A DNA stretch of 32,000 nt, from the NCBI RefSeq assembly GCF_000025925.1, contig NC_014033.1:240001-272000 (forward strand), written 5' to 3'. Numbering within the stretch: position 1 is the stretch's first letter; each line of letters opens with the position of its first letter. A program made the position numbers and the translations under genes. The notes under the pieces are model-generated. The model did no database searches. It was given only the letters and a program-made list of their open reading frames with translations, and had not been told where the DNA came from. This document shows positions 1 to 8,838 of the stretch, one piece after another. The stretch comes from Xylanibacter ruminicola 23. Lineage in GTDB: Bacteria > Bacteroidota > Bacteroidia > Bacteroidales > Bacteroidaceae.

Positions 1-1
1 C

Positions 2-394
2 GACGAAGTATGTACCCATCAGTTGCTCGACGAATTGCTGGCAGCAGGCAAAAACGTTTACCTGCCTAAGGTGGTAAGCGATACCGAGATGGTGCTGTGC
101 CGATATACGGGGCGTGATAGTCTGCAGAAGGGGGCTTTTGGTATTATGGAACCAACGGGTCCGGTTATGCCAAAAGAGAAGTACAACGATATTAAAGTTG
201 TGCTGGTGCCTGGTGTGGCTTTTGATAAGGAAAACCGCCGCCTGGGTCGCGGTAAGGGCTATTACGATCGTTTCCTGAGTTCATTCTCTCAGCCGCGATG
301 CGCTGTGTTCTATGGTGTCTGCTTTGATTTCCAGCGTGTAGATGCGATTCCCGCCGACGAACACGATGTGTGTATGGATGGCTTGATTAGTTAA
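2..394 (+). CDS. 5-formyltetrahydrofolate cyclo-ligase (MTHFS family), 5'-truncated by the window edge
   Basis: The frame is open from nt 2. The C-terminal GRGKGYYDRF and IPADEHDV motifs are family signatures. The ORF-track TTG at 23 is not the true start. Confidence 0.8.
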   Translation, partial: DEVCTHQLLDELLAAGKNVYLPKVVSDTEMVLCRYTGRDSLQKGAFGIMEPTGPVMPKEKYNDIKVVLVPGVAFDKENRRLGRGKGYYDRFLSSFSQPRCAVFYGVCFDFQRVDAIPADEHDVCMDGLIS

Positions 395-677
395 ACCTTA
401 CATCGGCTATTACCTGAGTGCCCACATGGGCATTCAGTTTGTTTACTATCTCTCTGCGCATCATCGATAGGTCAGCCCTCATGGCAGGGTTGGTCAGATG
501 TACGTATAGTGTTTGGTTTCTGATGTACATACTCTCGGTGTAGTTGGCCACAAATTCGCCAACCACCTCGGCCCACGAGTCCATCAGTCGTTTCTGCAAC
601 AAGGGCGTCTCCAGTCCCTGTGCTCTCAGATTCTTCAGAATCAAATCTTTTACATTATGTACGTCGCGCTTAAACAT
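387..677 (-). CDS. DUF721-type small protein (RecF-associated)
   Basis: 96 aa, immediately downstream of recF, with its start overlapping the recF stop by 8 nt. Size and position match the conserved recF-DUF721 pair of Bacteroidota. Confidence 0.6.
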   Translation of the reverse strand: MFKRDVHNVKDLILKNLRAQGLETPLLQKRLMDSWAEVVGEFVANYTESMYIRNQTLYVHLTNPAMRADLSMMRREIVNKLNAHVGTQVIADVRFN

Positions 678-1770
678 CTTTCTGCGTTTCTGTTATTTCT
701 CCCTTATCTACGTGGAAAATCTTATAGTCCAGCGTCTGCCGGCTCAGTATCAGGTCCAGGTGGTCGCGATTGGTATCGGTAATAAAAATTTGTCCGTAAT
801 CATCGCCTGCCACCAGTTTTACTATTTGCTCCACGCGCTGGGCGTCCAGCTTGTCAAAAATATCGTCGAGCAACAGTAGTGGGGTAGTCTTCGAATTGGT
901 ACGCTTCAGGAAGTCGAACTGTGCCAGCTTCAGGGCAATCACAAACGTCTTGTTCTGCCCCTGACTGCCTTCGCGTTTCATCAGGTGCCCGCCTAAGGTT
1001 ATCTCCAGGTCGTCGCGGTGTACACCATGCAGCGAGTAACCTATGGCACGGTCCTTGAATCGGTCGCGCTGTATCACCTCCAACAGCGGACCGCGCTGGC
1101 AATGCGACACGTAGTTCAGTGCCACCTGTTCGCGATTACCCGAGATGGTTTCGTGAATGCGCTGGAAGATAGGTGTCAACTCCTCAACAAATGCCTTTCT
1201 GCTCTTGTAGATGCGCTCCCCCTCGTAGGCCATCTGTTCCTCAAACAGGCTGATTACATCCAGGTTGGGCTCCTCGTCAAGTTTCAGCATCGCATTACGC
1301 TGCTGCAGGGCCTTGTTATAGCGGTTCATGGCCTCCATATAGCCATGTTCGTATTGGGCAATCACCATGTCCATCAGGCGGCGTCGTTCCTCGCTGCCAC
1401 CCTCAATCAGCAGGGTGTCTGATGGCGATACCACCACCACCGGTATCAGTCCGATATGCTCCGACAGTCGGCGATACTCCTTCTTGTTGCGCTTAAAGTG
1501 TTTTTTAGTGCCTCGCTTCATGCCACAGTAAATGTGCAGGTCGCCCTCGTAGGCGCCCTCCAGCACAAAGAATTCGGCCCCATGACGTATCACTTGCGAG
1601 TCGATAGGATTATTGGCCGAATGGCAGAACGACAGGTAGTAAATCGCATCCAGCACATTGGTTTTTCCCACCCCGTTCTGTCCTATCAGACAGTTGATTT
1701 TGGGCGAGAAATCCAGTGTGGCCTCTGCTATGTTTTTGTAGTTGATGACCGATAACTTTTCTAGAATCAT
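670..1770 (-). CDS. recF: DNA replication/repair protein RecF
   Basis: The N-terminus MILEKLSVINYKNI...GQNGVGKTNVLDAIYYLS carries a Walker A motif, and LLLLDDIFDKLD is a Walker B/D-loop. The canonical start is M at 1770. The ORF-track start at 1797 lies upstream of the -7 box at 1775-1782. Confidence 0.9.
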   Translation of the reverse strand: MILEKLSVINYKNIAEATLDFSPKINCLIGQNGVGKTNVLDAIYYLSFCHSANNPIDSQVIRHGAEFFVLEGAYEGDLHIYCGMKRGTKKHFKRNKKEYRRLSEHIGLIPVVVVSPSDTLLIEGGSEERRRLMDMVIAQYEHGYMEAMNRYNKALQQRNAMLKLDEEPNLDVISLFEEQMAYEGERIYKSRKAFVEELTPIFQRIHETISGNREQVALNYVSHCQRGPLLEVIQRDRFKDRAIGYSLHGVHRDDLEITLGGHLMKREGSQGQNKTFVIALKLAQFDFLKRTNSKTTPLLLLDDIFDKLDAQRVEQIVKLVAGDDYGQIFITDTNRDHLDLILSRQTLDYKIFHVDKGEITETQKDV

Positions 1771-1806
1771 AGTGCAAAGGTAGCGTTTTTTGGGCATTGA
1801 TGCTAA

Positions 1807-1826
1807 GGATTAACACAGATTAATAA
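1807..1826. repeat. 20-bp exact second copy (GGATTAACACAGATTAATAA) of the left-arm end and adjoining loop of the 28736-28812 palindromic element
   Basis: The string is identical at 1807-1826 and 28750-28769. Both copies sit in divergent intergenic regions. Confidence 0.9.
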
Positions 1827-1867
1827 ATATTTTCCGCAAAAAAATATAAAATGTGTGTCTTTTTTAG

Positions 1868-1875
1868 TAACTTTG
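1868..1875 (+). promoter_or_regulatory. Bacteroides-type -7 promoter box TAACTTTG
   Basis: Matches the TAnnTTTG consensus, 37 nt upstream of the ATG at 1912. Confidence 0.5.
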
Positions 1876-1911
1876 CACCCGATTTTTGGAAATTTAAATA
1901 TAAATATTATA

Positions 1912-2595
1912 ATGGCAAATACAACAAATCAACAGCAGGCCGCCCAGACAGCTGAGCAGAGCCTGAATCAGAGTGAGGCTTTCTTCTTTAAGTACAAGAA
2001 GGCCATTGGTGCTGCCGTAGCAGCAATTGTAATCATCATCGCTGGTGTGGTTCTGTACAAGACCTACGTTAGCGGTCCTAAGGAGGTTAAGGCTAGCACA
2101 GCTATCGCCAAGGGTCAGGAGCTCTTCATGGCAGGCGATTATCAGAAGGCTTTGAATGGCGACAGCGCCAGCTTCAAGGGCTTTGTAAAGCTCGCCGACG
2201 AGTTCAGCAGCACAGCAGCTGGTAACCTGGCAAACCTTTATGCCGGTCTCTGCTACGCTAAGCTTAACAAGTGGGAGGATGCTGCTAAGTACCTCGAGGA
2301 GTTCGATGGTGCCGACGATCAGATGATTTCTCCAGCTGCCGAGGGTGCTCTGGGTAACGCTTATGCACACCTGAACCAGCTCGACAAGGCTGTATCACAC
2401 CTGAAGAGCGCTGCCGAGAAGGCCGACAACAACTCTTTGTCGCCCACCTTCCTTATCCAGGCTGGTGAGATTCTCGAGAGCCAGGGTAAGAACGATGAGG
2501 CCCTGAAGCTGTATCAGGAGGTTAAAGAGAAGTACTTCAACTCTATGGCTTATCAGACTATCGATGGCTATATTGAGCGTGTTTCATCAAAATAA
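1912..2595 (+). CDS. membrane-anchored TPR-like protein (YfgM-like)
   Basis: Has an N-terminal TM segment ([19 protein letters not shown]) followed by TPR-like helices. It sits upstream of ribH, as is common in Bacteroidales. Start chosen at MANTT, downstream of the -7 box. Confidence 0.6.
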   Translation: MANTTNQQQAAQTAEQSLNQSEAFFFKYKKAIGAAVAAIVIIIAGVVLYKTYVSGPKEVKASTAIAKGQELFMAGDYQKALNGDSASFKGFVKLADEFSSTAAGNLANLYAGLCYAKLNKWEDAAKYLEEFDGADDQMISPAAEGALGNAYAHLNQLDKAVSHLKSAAEKADNNSLSPTFLIQAGEILESQGKNDEALKLYQEVKEKYFNSMAYQTIDGYIERVSSK

Positions 2596-2600
2596 TCTCC

Positions 2601-3071
2601 ATGGCTACTAAAAACTTATCGGAATACGATATTACCACAGTGCCCGACGCTTCGAACATGATCTTCGGAGTTGTCGTGGCCGAGTGGAATCCCGAAATAA
2701 CTGGCGCCCTGCTCGACGGATGTGTTAGCACACTCGAAAAGCATGGCGCTTTGCCTGAAAATATCCATGTTAAGACGGTGCCTGGTAGCTTCGAGCTGAT
2801 TTATGGCGCTCACCAGATGACCCTTAATGATGGTTACGATGCCGTCATTATTCTTGGTTGCGTGATTCGTGGCGAGACTCCTCACTTCGATTACATCTGC
2901 CAGGGCGTTACCGAGGGTGTGGCTCGTCTTAATGCAACAAGCAATATCCCTGTAGTCTTCGGTTTGCTCACCACCAACGACCAGCAGCAGGCACTCGACC
3001 GTGCCGGTGGCCGCTTGGGTAATAAGGGTGATGAGTGTGCCGTTGTAGCCATCAAGATGGCAAAGTTCTAA
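2601..3071 (+). CDS. ribH: 6,7-dimethyl-8-ribityllumazine synthase
   Basis: 156 aa with [11 protein letters not shown] and [14 protein letters not shown] motifs. Confidence 0.9.
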   Translation: MATKNLSEYDITTVPDASNMIFGVVVAEWNPEITGALLDGCVSTLEKHGALPENIHVKTVPGSFELIYGAHQMTLNDGYDAVIILGCVIRGETPHFDYICQGVTEGVARLNATSNIPVVFGLLTTNDQQQALDRAGGRLGNKGDECAVVAIKMAKF

Positions 3072-3089
3072 TCTAATCTAACGCATATT

Positions 3090-4592
3090 ATGAAAAAGGT
3101 TTTTGTTCTTCTGTTAGTCGTGTGCTTCAGTGTGGGCATTGCCCAGGCTCAGCAAGCCACGAAGAGTGAGTTACATCAGCGTGCCGAGAGCGAAATGCAG
3201 AAAGGTAGTGTGGCAGGTGCCCGCTTTAGCTTTATCCGCGCTTTCGAAGAGTACACCCGTCAGGGCCAGTTAAAGGTTGGCATGGAGTGTGCCACTCGTG
3301 GTGCTGCTTTGTATTACAAGGATAACTATTGGAAAGAGGCTTTCGATTTGCTTCGCCGTGCCGATGCTGAGATTGATGCACGTAGCAAGAATGCTAAGGA
3401 GAAGGCTGCCCTCCATTACATCATCACTAAAGAGCGCTTGGCCATGTACATCAAGCTGCGCAAGAGTGATAGCGCCAAGGATCAGCTTGGCCTGATGGAG
3501 ACCCAGGTTACCTACGCTGCCGACGAAGAACTCAAGAACGACCTTCTTTATAATAAAGCCGTATATCATTACTCATTCGGACAGAATGCCCAGGGTAATG
3601 AGGTGTTCAAGGAGATGGCCGGTAAGCTTACCGCCTCTAAGCAGTACGACAAGGTTGACGAGGTTTACAAAACCCTGATTGCCAATGCCCGTCGTAGTGG
3701 CAATGCCAATATGGTGGCACAGTCGTACAGCAACTATCTGGCTTGGAAAGATTCGGTTAACACCTTGAAGCATGCCGATGAGATTGGCGCACTGAAAAAG
3801 CAGATTTCTGACAACGAGGCTAAGATCGACGATCAGGCCAGCTCGCTCACAGCGCGCCAGGCCATTATCGTAGGTCTGTGCATCCTGGCAGTAGCTCTGG
3901 CTGCAGGTTTGGTATTGGGTGGTATTGTATTGATGCGCTTTATCCTGCTTACCCGTAAGCAGAAGAAGCTCATTAACCTGGCCAACGAGAACAATGCCCT
4001 CAAGGCCAAGTTCATCAGCAATATCTCAGCCCAGCTTAATCCTACACTCCACAAGCTCGATGCCAAGATTCCCGAGGTTAAGGCCCTGCTCGATTTCTCT
4101 GAGCATATCGCCACCCTCTCTGATCTTGAGAACACCATCGATCAGGGGGTAGAAACAGCCGATGTACAGCTCACCCCATTCTGCAACGAGCTGGTCGACG
4201 CTATCAAGAGCAAGGTTAACCCAGGCGTGGTAGTAAAAACTAACGTGCCCGCCTTGAGCGTTAATATGAATAAGGAGTATGTACAGCATATCCTGCAGCA
4301 CCTGCTGGCTAATGCTGCTATCTATGCTCCAAAGGATGGTACTATCTGGTTGGAATACAAGAAGCGTGGTGCACACGTTCACCAGTTCCTGGTATCTAAC
4401 ACCGGCGAGCCTATCCCCGAGGATAAGCGCGACGACGTATTCAAGCCATTTACCGAGGTGAAGGACTTTACCGAGGGCGACGGTCTTGGCTTGCCTATCT
4501 GTAAGCAGATGGCCATCAAGATGAAGGGTGACCTCGATATCGATCCCGAGTTCACCAAGGGTACACGCTTTGTGCTGTTGTTACATTCTTAA
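3090..4592 (+). CDS. signal peptide/TPR-like sensor with one TM segment and a C-terminal HATPase_c domain; H-box and G1 box are degenerate
   Basis: The TM segment is IIVGLCILAVALAAGLVLGGIVLMRFILL. The N box is LLANAAIYAP and the G2 box is GDGLGLPICKQM. The H-box reads FISNISAQLNPTL (no His at the phospho-acceptor position) and G1 reads SNTGEP. Confidence 0.7.
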   Translation: MKKVFVLLLVVCFSVGIAQAQQATKSELHQRAESEMQKGSVAGARFSFIRAFEEYTRQGQLKVGMECATRGAALYYKDNYWKEAFDLLRRADAEIDARSKNAKEKAALHYIITKERLAMYIKLRKSDSAKDQLGLMETQVTYAADEELKNDLLYNKAVYHYSFGQNAQGNEVFKEMAGKLTASKQYDKVDEVYKTLIANARRSGNANMVAQSYSNYLAWKDSVNTLKHADEIGALKKQISDNEAKIDDQASSLTARQAIIVGLCILAVALAAGLVLGGIVLMRFILLTRKQKKLINLANENNALKAKFISNISAQLNPTLHKLDAKIPEVKALLDFSEHIATLSDLENTIDQGVETADVQLTPFCNELVDAIKSKVNPGVVVKTNVPALSVNMNKEYVQHILQHLLANAAIYAPKDGTIWLEYKKRGAHVHQFLVSNTGEPIPEDKRDDVFKPFTEVKDFTEGDGLGLPICKQMAIKMKGDLDIDPEFTKGTRFVLLLHS

Positions 4593-4609
4593 GCAAACAA
4601 CTACACCTT

Positions 4610-5572
4610 TTATAACTTTACAGTTGATATGTCCACCAGCCCATTGACTATTGCATAGATGGTCAATCCGGCTGGTGAATGTATTTGTAGCTTGCGGGCT
4701 ATGTTGCGGCGGTGGGTAATCACCGTGTTGATTGATATACACAAGTGATCGGCTATCTCCTTGTTCGACATACCCTGCACCAGCGAAATAATCACATCCT
4801 TTTCACGGTCGCTCAGCGCATCGGGATTCTGTGCGGTGGCATTGCCAAACACCATACCCGAAATGTTGCGTGTCACGTCCTGCTGCTTGGTAATCTGCTC
4901 CAATCGGCGGATGGCAGGCACAAAAATATGGTCCTCAACCATCGCGTGCTGGCGCAACCAAACCTCGTTCTCGTAAATATCGTGCAGTGTGGCGGTAAGC
5001 TGGTTGTTGTGCAGTCCGTCCTGTGGCAGATATTTAATAATCAGCAGTTTCAGCTCGCGCAATTTCTTGTCGGCAGCACCGTGGTGCTTCGAGAATGTCT
5101 CTACGTTGTAATCATTGGCAGGCTCGCCATCTATCAGCTGCTGTACGTAGGGGAACAAGGTTTTCTGCTCGTACTGCATGTGGCGACGTATCTCGTGGGC
5201 ATACTCGTCGTAGAATTTCAGTATCAGTCGGCCCAGCGAGTCGTTCTCATCCAGACTCTCGCTCAGCTCTCTGCGAATGTAAGGCAGCTGGAACTCCAGA
5301 AAATAGGCGTGGCTGGCCTGCAGATAGTGCAGCAGGGTAGGCACGCTGATCTGTTCGTCGTTGTCAAACTCACCATAACCGTTCATGGCGAAGTTCACCA
5401 CTGCCAGGAATGTGTAGGTGTCCACATCATTGTCTTCGCAGGTTTCGCGTACCGTCTTATCTCCAAAACCCAGGTTTATGCCAAAGCTTCCAAGTGCCTG
5501 CAACAAATCGTAGTTATCGCGGATCAGTGATATCATTTTATCGTCCGCTTCATACATCTTCTGATTCTTCAT
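4610..5572 (-). CDS. one-component regulator: RIC/ScdA-like hemerythrin-type domain fused to a LuxR-family HTH
   Basis: The C-terminus LSDREKDVIISLVQGMSNKEIADHLCISINTVITHRRNIARKL is a LuxR/GerE HTH. The N-terminal part has H/E-rich helices (AHEIRRHMQYEQKTLFP, QHAMVEDHIFVP). There is no receiver domain. Start moved to 5572 because a -7 box (rc TAATTTTG) lies at 5608-5615. Confidence 0.65.
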   Translation of the reverse strand: MKNQKMYEADDKMISLIRDNYDLLQALGSFGINLGFGDKTVRETCEDNDVDTYTFLAVVNFAMNGYGEFDNDEQISVPTLLHYLQASHAYFLEFQLPYIRRELSESLDENDSLGRLILKFYDEYAHEIRRHMQYEQKTLFPYVQQLIDGEPANDYNVETFSKHHGAADKKLRELKLLIIKYLPQDGLHNNQLTATLHDIYENEVWLRQHAMVEDHIFVPAIRRLEQITKQQDVTRNISGMVFGNATAQNPDALSDREKDVIISLVQGMSNKEIADHLCISINTVITHRRNIARKLQIHSPAGLTIYAIVNGLVDISTVKL

Positions 5573-5694
5573 TTCCTTACCTGTATGCCTATTAATGATT
5601 ACGGGTGCAAAATTAATACTATTTTTCGATATATACAATACTTATTATTAGGTATTTTTTTGCTGCTTGCTGCACGTTTCTCAATTATTCTTCG

Positions 5695-5702
5695 TACCTT
5701 TG
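5695..5702 (+). promoter_or_regulatory. -7 promoter box TACCTTTG
   Basis: TAnnTTTG lies 22 nt upstream of the ATG at 5724. This argues against the ORF-track start at 5667. Confidence 0.5.
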
Positions 5703-5723
5703 TGCCCAAAAGTAAGTAACTAT

Positions 5724-6866
5724 ATGAACCAGAAACTATCTCACATAGATTTCGAACAGGCTGGGGCCGACGTGTTCTGTTTTGATAACGGAACGCAGGT
5801 GCGCGAGTATCATGCCATCATTCGCGTGCAGCAGGCGTGCCTTCCGTTTGCCCAGCAGGTCGAGGCTGTGCTGAATGCCTACAACAGCTTGCTGGCCCAG
5901 TTGCCTGGTGCGCAAGCCGTATTTAAACGTTATTTTTTAAGCGATGCAGCCAATCAGGCCGACGCTATAGTAGTAAACGATGTTACCGACTGTGCCAAGA
6001 GCATTATCCAGCAGGCTCCTTTGGATGGTACCAAGGTGGCGCTGTGGGTGTGGCTCATGACCGATGTGCAAACCTCTATGACGCAGAGTGAGCTCTATGA
6101 GGTTAGTCACGGCCAGTTCCGCCATCTGTTTAATGCCTCGGCTCATAACCTGGCAGCCAACTCCGAGTATCAGATGCGCCTGCTCTTCAACGAGTATATC
6201 ATGCAGCTGGCTCAGGAGCGCTGTACGCTGGCCGATAACTGTATCCGTACCTGGCTGTTTGTCAACGATATCGACTTGAACTATGGTGGTGTGGTACGTG
6301 CCCGCAATCAGGTGTTCTTCACCCAGGGGCTTACTGTCAATACCCACTTCATTGCCTCTACCGGTATCGGTGGTCGCCAGCAGGATCCTAATGTGCTCGC
6401 CCAGATGGATAACTATGCCATCGCTGGCGTGCGCCCCGAACAGGTGCATTATCTCTATGCGCCTACCCATCTTAATCGCACCAGCGATTATGGTGTATCG
6501 TTCGAGCGAGGCACCATGGTAAGCTATGCCGATCGCCGCCATGTATTCATCTCAGGTACCGCCTCTATCAATAATAAGGGCGAGGTGATGTATCCCAACG
6601 ATATCGTGAAACAAACCCAACGTATGTGGGAGAATGTCGAGGCACTGCTGGTCGAGGCCGATTGCAATTTCGACGATGTAGCCCACATGATTGTTTATCT
6701 GCGCGATGTGGCCGATTATCAGCTGGTGCGCAGTCTCTATGCCGAACGGTTCCCAGGCAAACCCTGTGTCATCGTTCATGCGCCGGTGTGCCGCCCCGGG
6801 TGGCTCATCGAGATGGAGTGCATGGCCGTTAAGGCCGTGTGCTTGCCCAACATGCCTCAGTTCTAG
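5724..6866 (+). CDS. RidA/YjgF-fold protein, possibly an FkbO/Hyg5-like chorismatase
   Basis: The C-terminal ISGTASINNKGEV...TQRMWENVEALL...MIVYLRD...IEMECMAV is a RidA-type domain. The roughly 380-aa two-domain size fits the FkbO/Hyg5 type. The specific activity is not determinable here. Confidence 0.5.
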   Translation: MNQKLSHIDFEQAGADVFCFDNGTQVREYHAIIRVQQACLPFAQQVEAVLNAYNSLLAQLPGAQAVFKRYFLSDAANQADAIVVNDVTDCAKSIIQQAPLDGTKVALWVWLMTDVQTSMTQSELYEVSHGQFRHLFNASAHNLAANSEYQMRLLFNEYIMQLAQERCTLADNCIRTWLFVNDIDLNYGGVVRARNQVFFTQGLTVNTHFIASTGIGGRQQDPNVLAQMDNYAIAGVRPEQVHYLYAPTHLNRTSDYGVSFERGTMVSYADRRHVFISGTASINNKGEVMYPNDIVKQTQRMWENVEALLVEADCNFDDVAHMIVYLRDVADYQLVRSLYAERFPGKPCVIVHAPVCRPGWLIEMECMAVKAVCLPNMPQF

Positions 6867-6878
6867 TAGCCTTTTAGC

Positions 6879-8750
6879 ATGAAACCCCTTCGCTTGGCCT
6901 TCAAGCTGCTGGCAGCCTTCCTGCTGCTGGTAGTATTGTTGGTGGGTGCAGGTGTGGTGCTGGTAAATACCAAGGCTTTCCAGCAGCGCGTGCTTAAGCA
7001 AACCACCCAGATGCTGAGCGAGCGCCTGCAAACGCAGGTAAGTATCGATAGTGTCGATATCCGCTTTATGGCACAGCAGCTGCGCCTGTACGGACTGCAT
7101 GTAGCCGACCAACAGCAGCGCCCCCTGCTCACTGTCCGCCAGGCTGGGGTAGATGTAGATATCAGCGAACTGCTGGGTAATAAGTTTACCATCAAGGATG
7201 TCGAGTTGTCGGGGGCCCGCGCCCTGTTGCTCAAGCCCTCCAAGGATTCGGTATCCAACTTCCAGTTCATCATCGATGCCTTTAAAAAGCAACCCAAGGC
7301 CAAACGTGATACCACTGTGGCGCCCCGCAAGCGTATCCAGTTCGATATTCACAGCGTGCGCCTGAATGATATCCAGGTAACCTATAATCAGCTGTCGTTG
7401 CAGCTCGCCCAGGCCCTCATCAAGGGGCGCAAGGGTAAGTATCAGGCGCAAGCCCAGTTGCAGCTGGCTACCGATAATCACAAGCCCCGCAAAAATGCAG
7501 GCAAGCCCAAACGCGGATTCTTCGATGTAGGTCATCTCAATGTCACCTGCCATTTCAAGGCCGCTATCGATGCCACCGAAAAAGACACTCTCCGCTTAAA
7601 TCTCTCTGAGTTGCAGGCCCGCGATTCCATTACCGGTATCGATATCCGCAACCTGCAGGCCCAGGTGCGCTTGGCAGGTAAAAAGCTGCTTTTAAACAAT
7701 GTGCAGGTACAGCAAAAGCACACCCAGCTGCACATTGCCCATGCTGCTATGCAATTGCCCAGTAAGCGCGATAGCATCCCCCTCAGTTTCAGTACAGGCC
7801 CCATCGCTGGCACCGTTTATCTCCAGGATATCTCGCGTGCCTTTGCCCCCGTGCTCAGTAAGTTCACGCTGCCCCTCCAGCTCAGCTGTACTATGAGTGG
7901 TAATCAGGATGTGCTCAGCTTCCGTCAGGTAAAGGTTGGCACCGCCGATAAACGCCTGGCCATCACTGCCACCGGCGATATCACCAACCTCAAGAGCAAG
8001 GAAAAGCTCACCGTGCTGTTTCATGTCAACCGGATGACGGCCAAGAGTGGTATCAAGGAGCGCATCATCAGTCAGTTCCCCGTTAAGCGCCTCATGATGG
8101 CGCAGCTTCATAACTTAGGTAATATCAGCTATGTGGGTAGTTTCCGTGTCATCCGTAAGGAAGAGCGCTTCTGGGGCACCCTTGGCACCGCCGTGGGTAG
8201 TCTTAAGTTCCAGTTCTGGCTCGACGAGCGCAACAAGTATGTCGTAGGTAATGCCAGCACCCGGAAGTTGCATTTTGGTAAGGTCATGGGCATGAAGGAT
8301 GTCGGTCCCCTGGCAGCCAAGGCCGATTTCAAGATTGATATCAGCAAGCCCCGCACCGCCGCCATGCGTCGCAAGTTGGGTGGCAAACTGCCTATAGGTG
8401 CTGTTAATGCCACCATCGATGATTGCAGTTATAAAGGCGTTCATGTGCGCAATGTGGCCGTTACTGTAAATAGCAATGGCGCTGAGGCTACAGGCGATGT
8501 TATCCAGCGTGGCAACTGGCGCGACATCTCCTGTTCATTCTCGTTTACCGATACCAACCAGATGCACAAGCTCAAGGTAAGTCGTGGTCGTATGAAGTTT
8601 CATAAGATGACCGACGAGGCCAAGCAGGCCAAACGCGAGCGCAAAGAGGCCCGTAAAGCCGAGCGCCAGGCCAAGCGCGACGCCAAGAAAGCCGAGAAAG
8701 CCGCCAAGAAAGCCGAGAAATCAAAGAAAAAGTCGTTTTTGTTTTTTTAG
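6879..8750 (+). CDS. AsmA-like envelope protein with a lysine-rich C-terminal tail
   Basis: Has an N-terminal TM anchor (LLAAFLLLVVLLVGAGVVLV) and a long beta-rich body with a repetitive pattern typical of AsmA/TamB-like proteins. The tail is KQAKRERKEARKAERQAKRDAKKAEKAAKKAEKSKKK. Confidence 0.5.
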   Translation: MKPLRLAFKLLAAFLLLVVLLVGAGVVLVNTKAFQQRVLKQTTQMLSERLQTQVSIDSVDIRFMAQQLRLYGLHVADQQQRPLLTVRQAGVDVDISELLGNKFTIKDVELSGARALLLKPSKDSVSNFQFIIDAFKKQPKAKRDTTVAPRKRIQFDIHSVRLNDIQVTYNQLSLQLAQALIKGRKGKYQAQAQLQLATDNHKPRKNAGKPKRGFFDVGHLNVTCHFKAAIDATEKDTLRLNLSELQARDSITGIDIRNLQAQVRLAGKKLLLNNVQVQQKHTQLHIAHAAMQLPSKRDSIPLSFSTGPIAGTVYLQDISRAFAPVLSKFTLPLQLSCTMSGNQDVLSFRQVKVGTADKRLAITATGDITNLKSKEKLTVLFHVNRMTAKSGIKERIISQFPVKRLMMAQLHNLGNISYVGSFRVIRKEERFWGTLGTAVGSLKFQFWLDERNKYVVGNASTRKLHFGKVMGMKDVGPLAAKADFKIDISKPRTAAMRRKLGGKLPIGAVNATIDDCSYKGVHVRNVAVTVNSNGAEATGDVIQRGNWRDISCSFSFTDTNQMHKLKVSRGRMKFHKMTDEAKQAKRERKEARKAERQAKRDAKKAEKAAKKAEKSKKKSFLFF

Positions 8751-8838
8751 CGCCAATTACTTGCAACTTTCAAATATCTTTCGTATATTTGCCCCAATCT
8801 AATCGTTAACATATTATTTATACTAAAACTAAAAGCTT

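Noticed and set aside
387-394. 8-bp 3'-end overlap of the convergent MTHFS and DUF721 genes, and the 3-bp gap between the convergent HAD and rny genes (25795/25799)
   Set aside because: The overlap and gap are real but common in compact bacterial genomes. No hairpin or other signal suggests a special mechanism.
4745-5530. 261-aa ORF antisense to the LuxR-type gene. Similar long antisense ORFs lie at 5937-6542, 10386-10940, 17405-17998, 25049-25657 and 26414-26920.
   Set aside because: Each lies fully inside a gene with clear family motifs on the other strand. Each has low-complexity V/L/Q/H-rich sequence and no promoter box or sensible start context.
6552-7553. 333-aa ORF on the minus strand spanning the end of the RidA-fold gene and the start of the AsmA-like gene
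   Set aside because: It is antisense to two well-supported genes and crosses their intergenic gap. Its composition is Gly/Leu/Gln/His-rich shadow-frame sequence with no motifs. This is a typical artefact in G+C-rich coding DNA.
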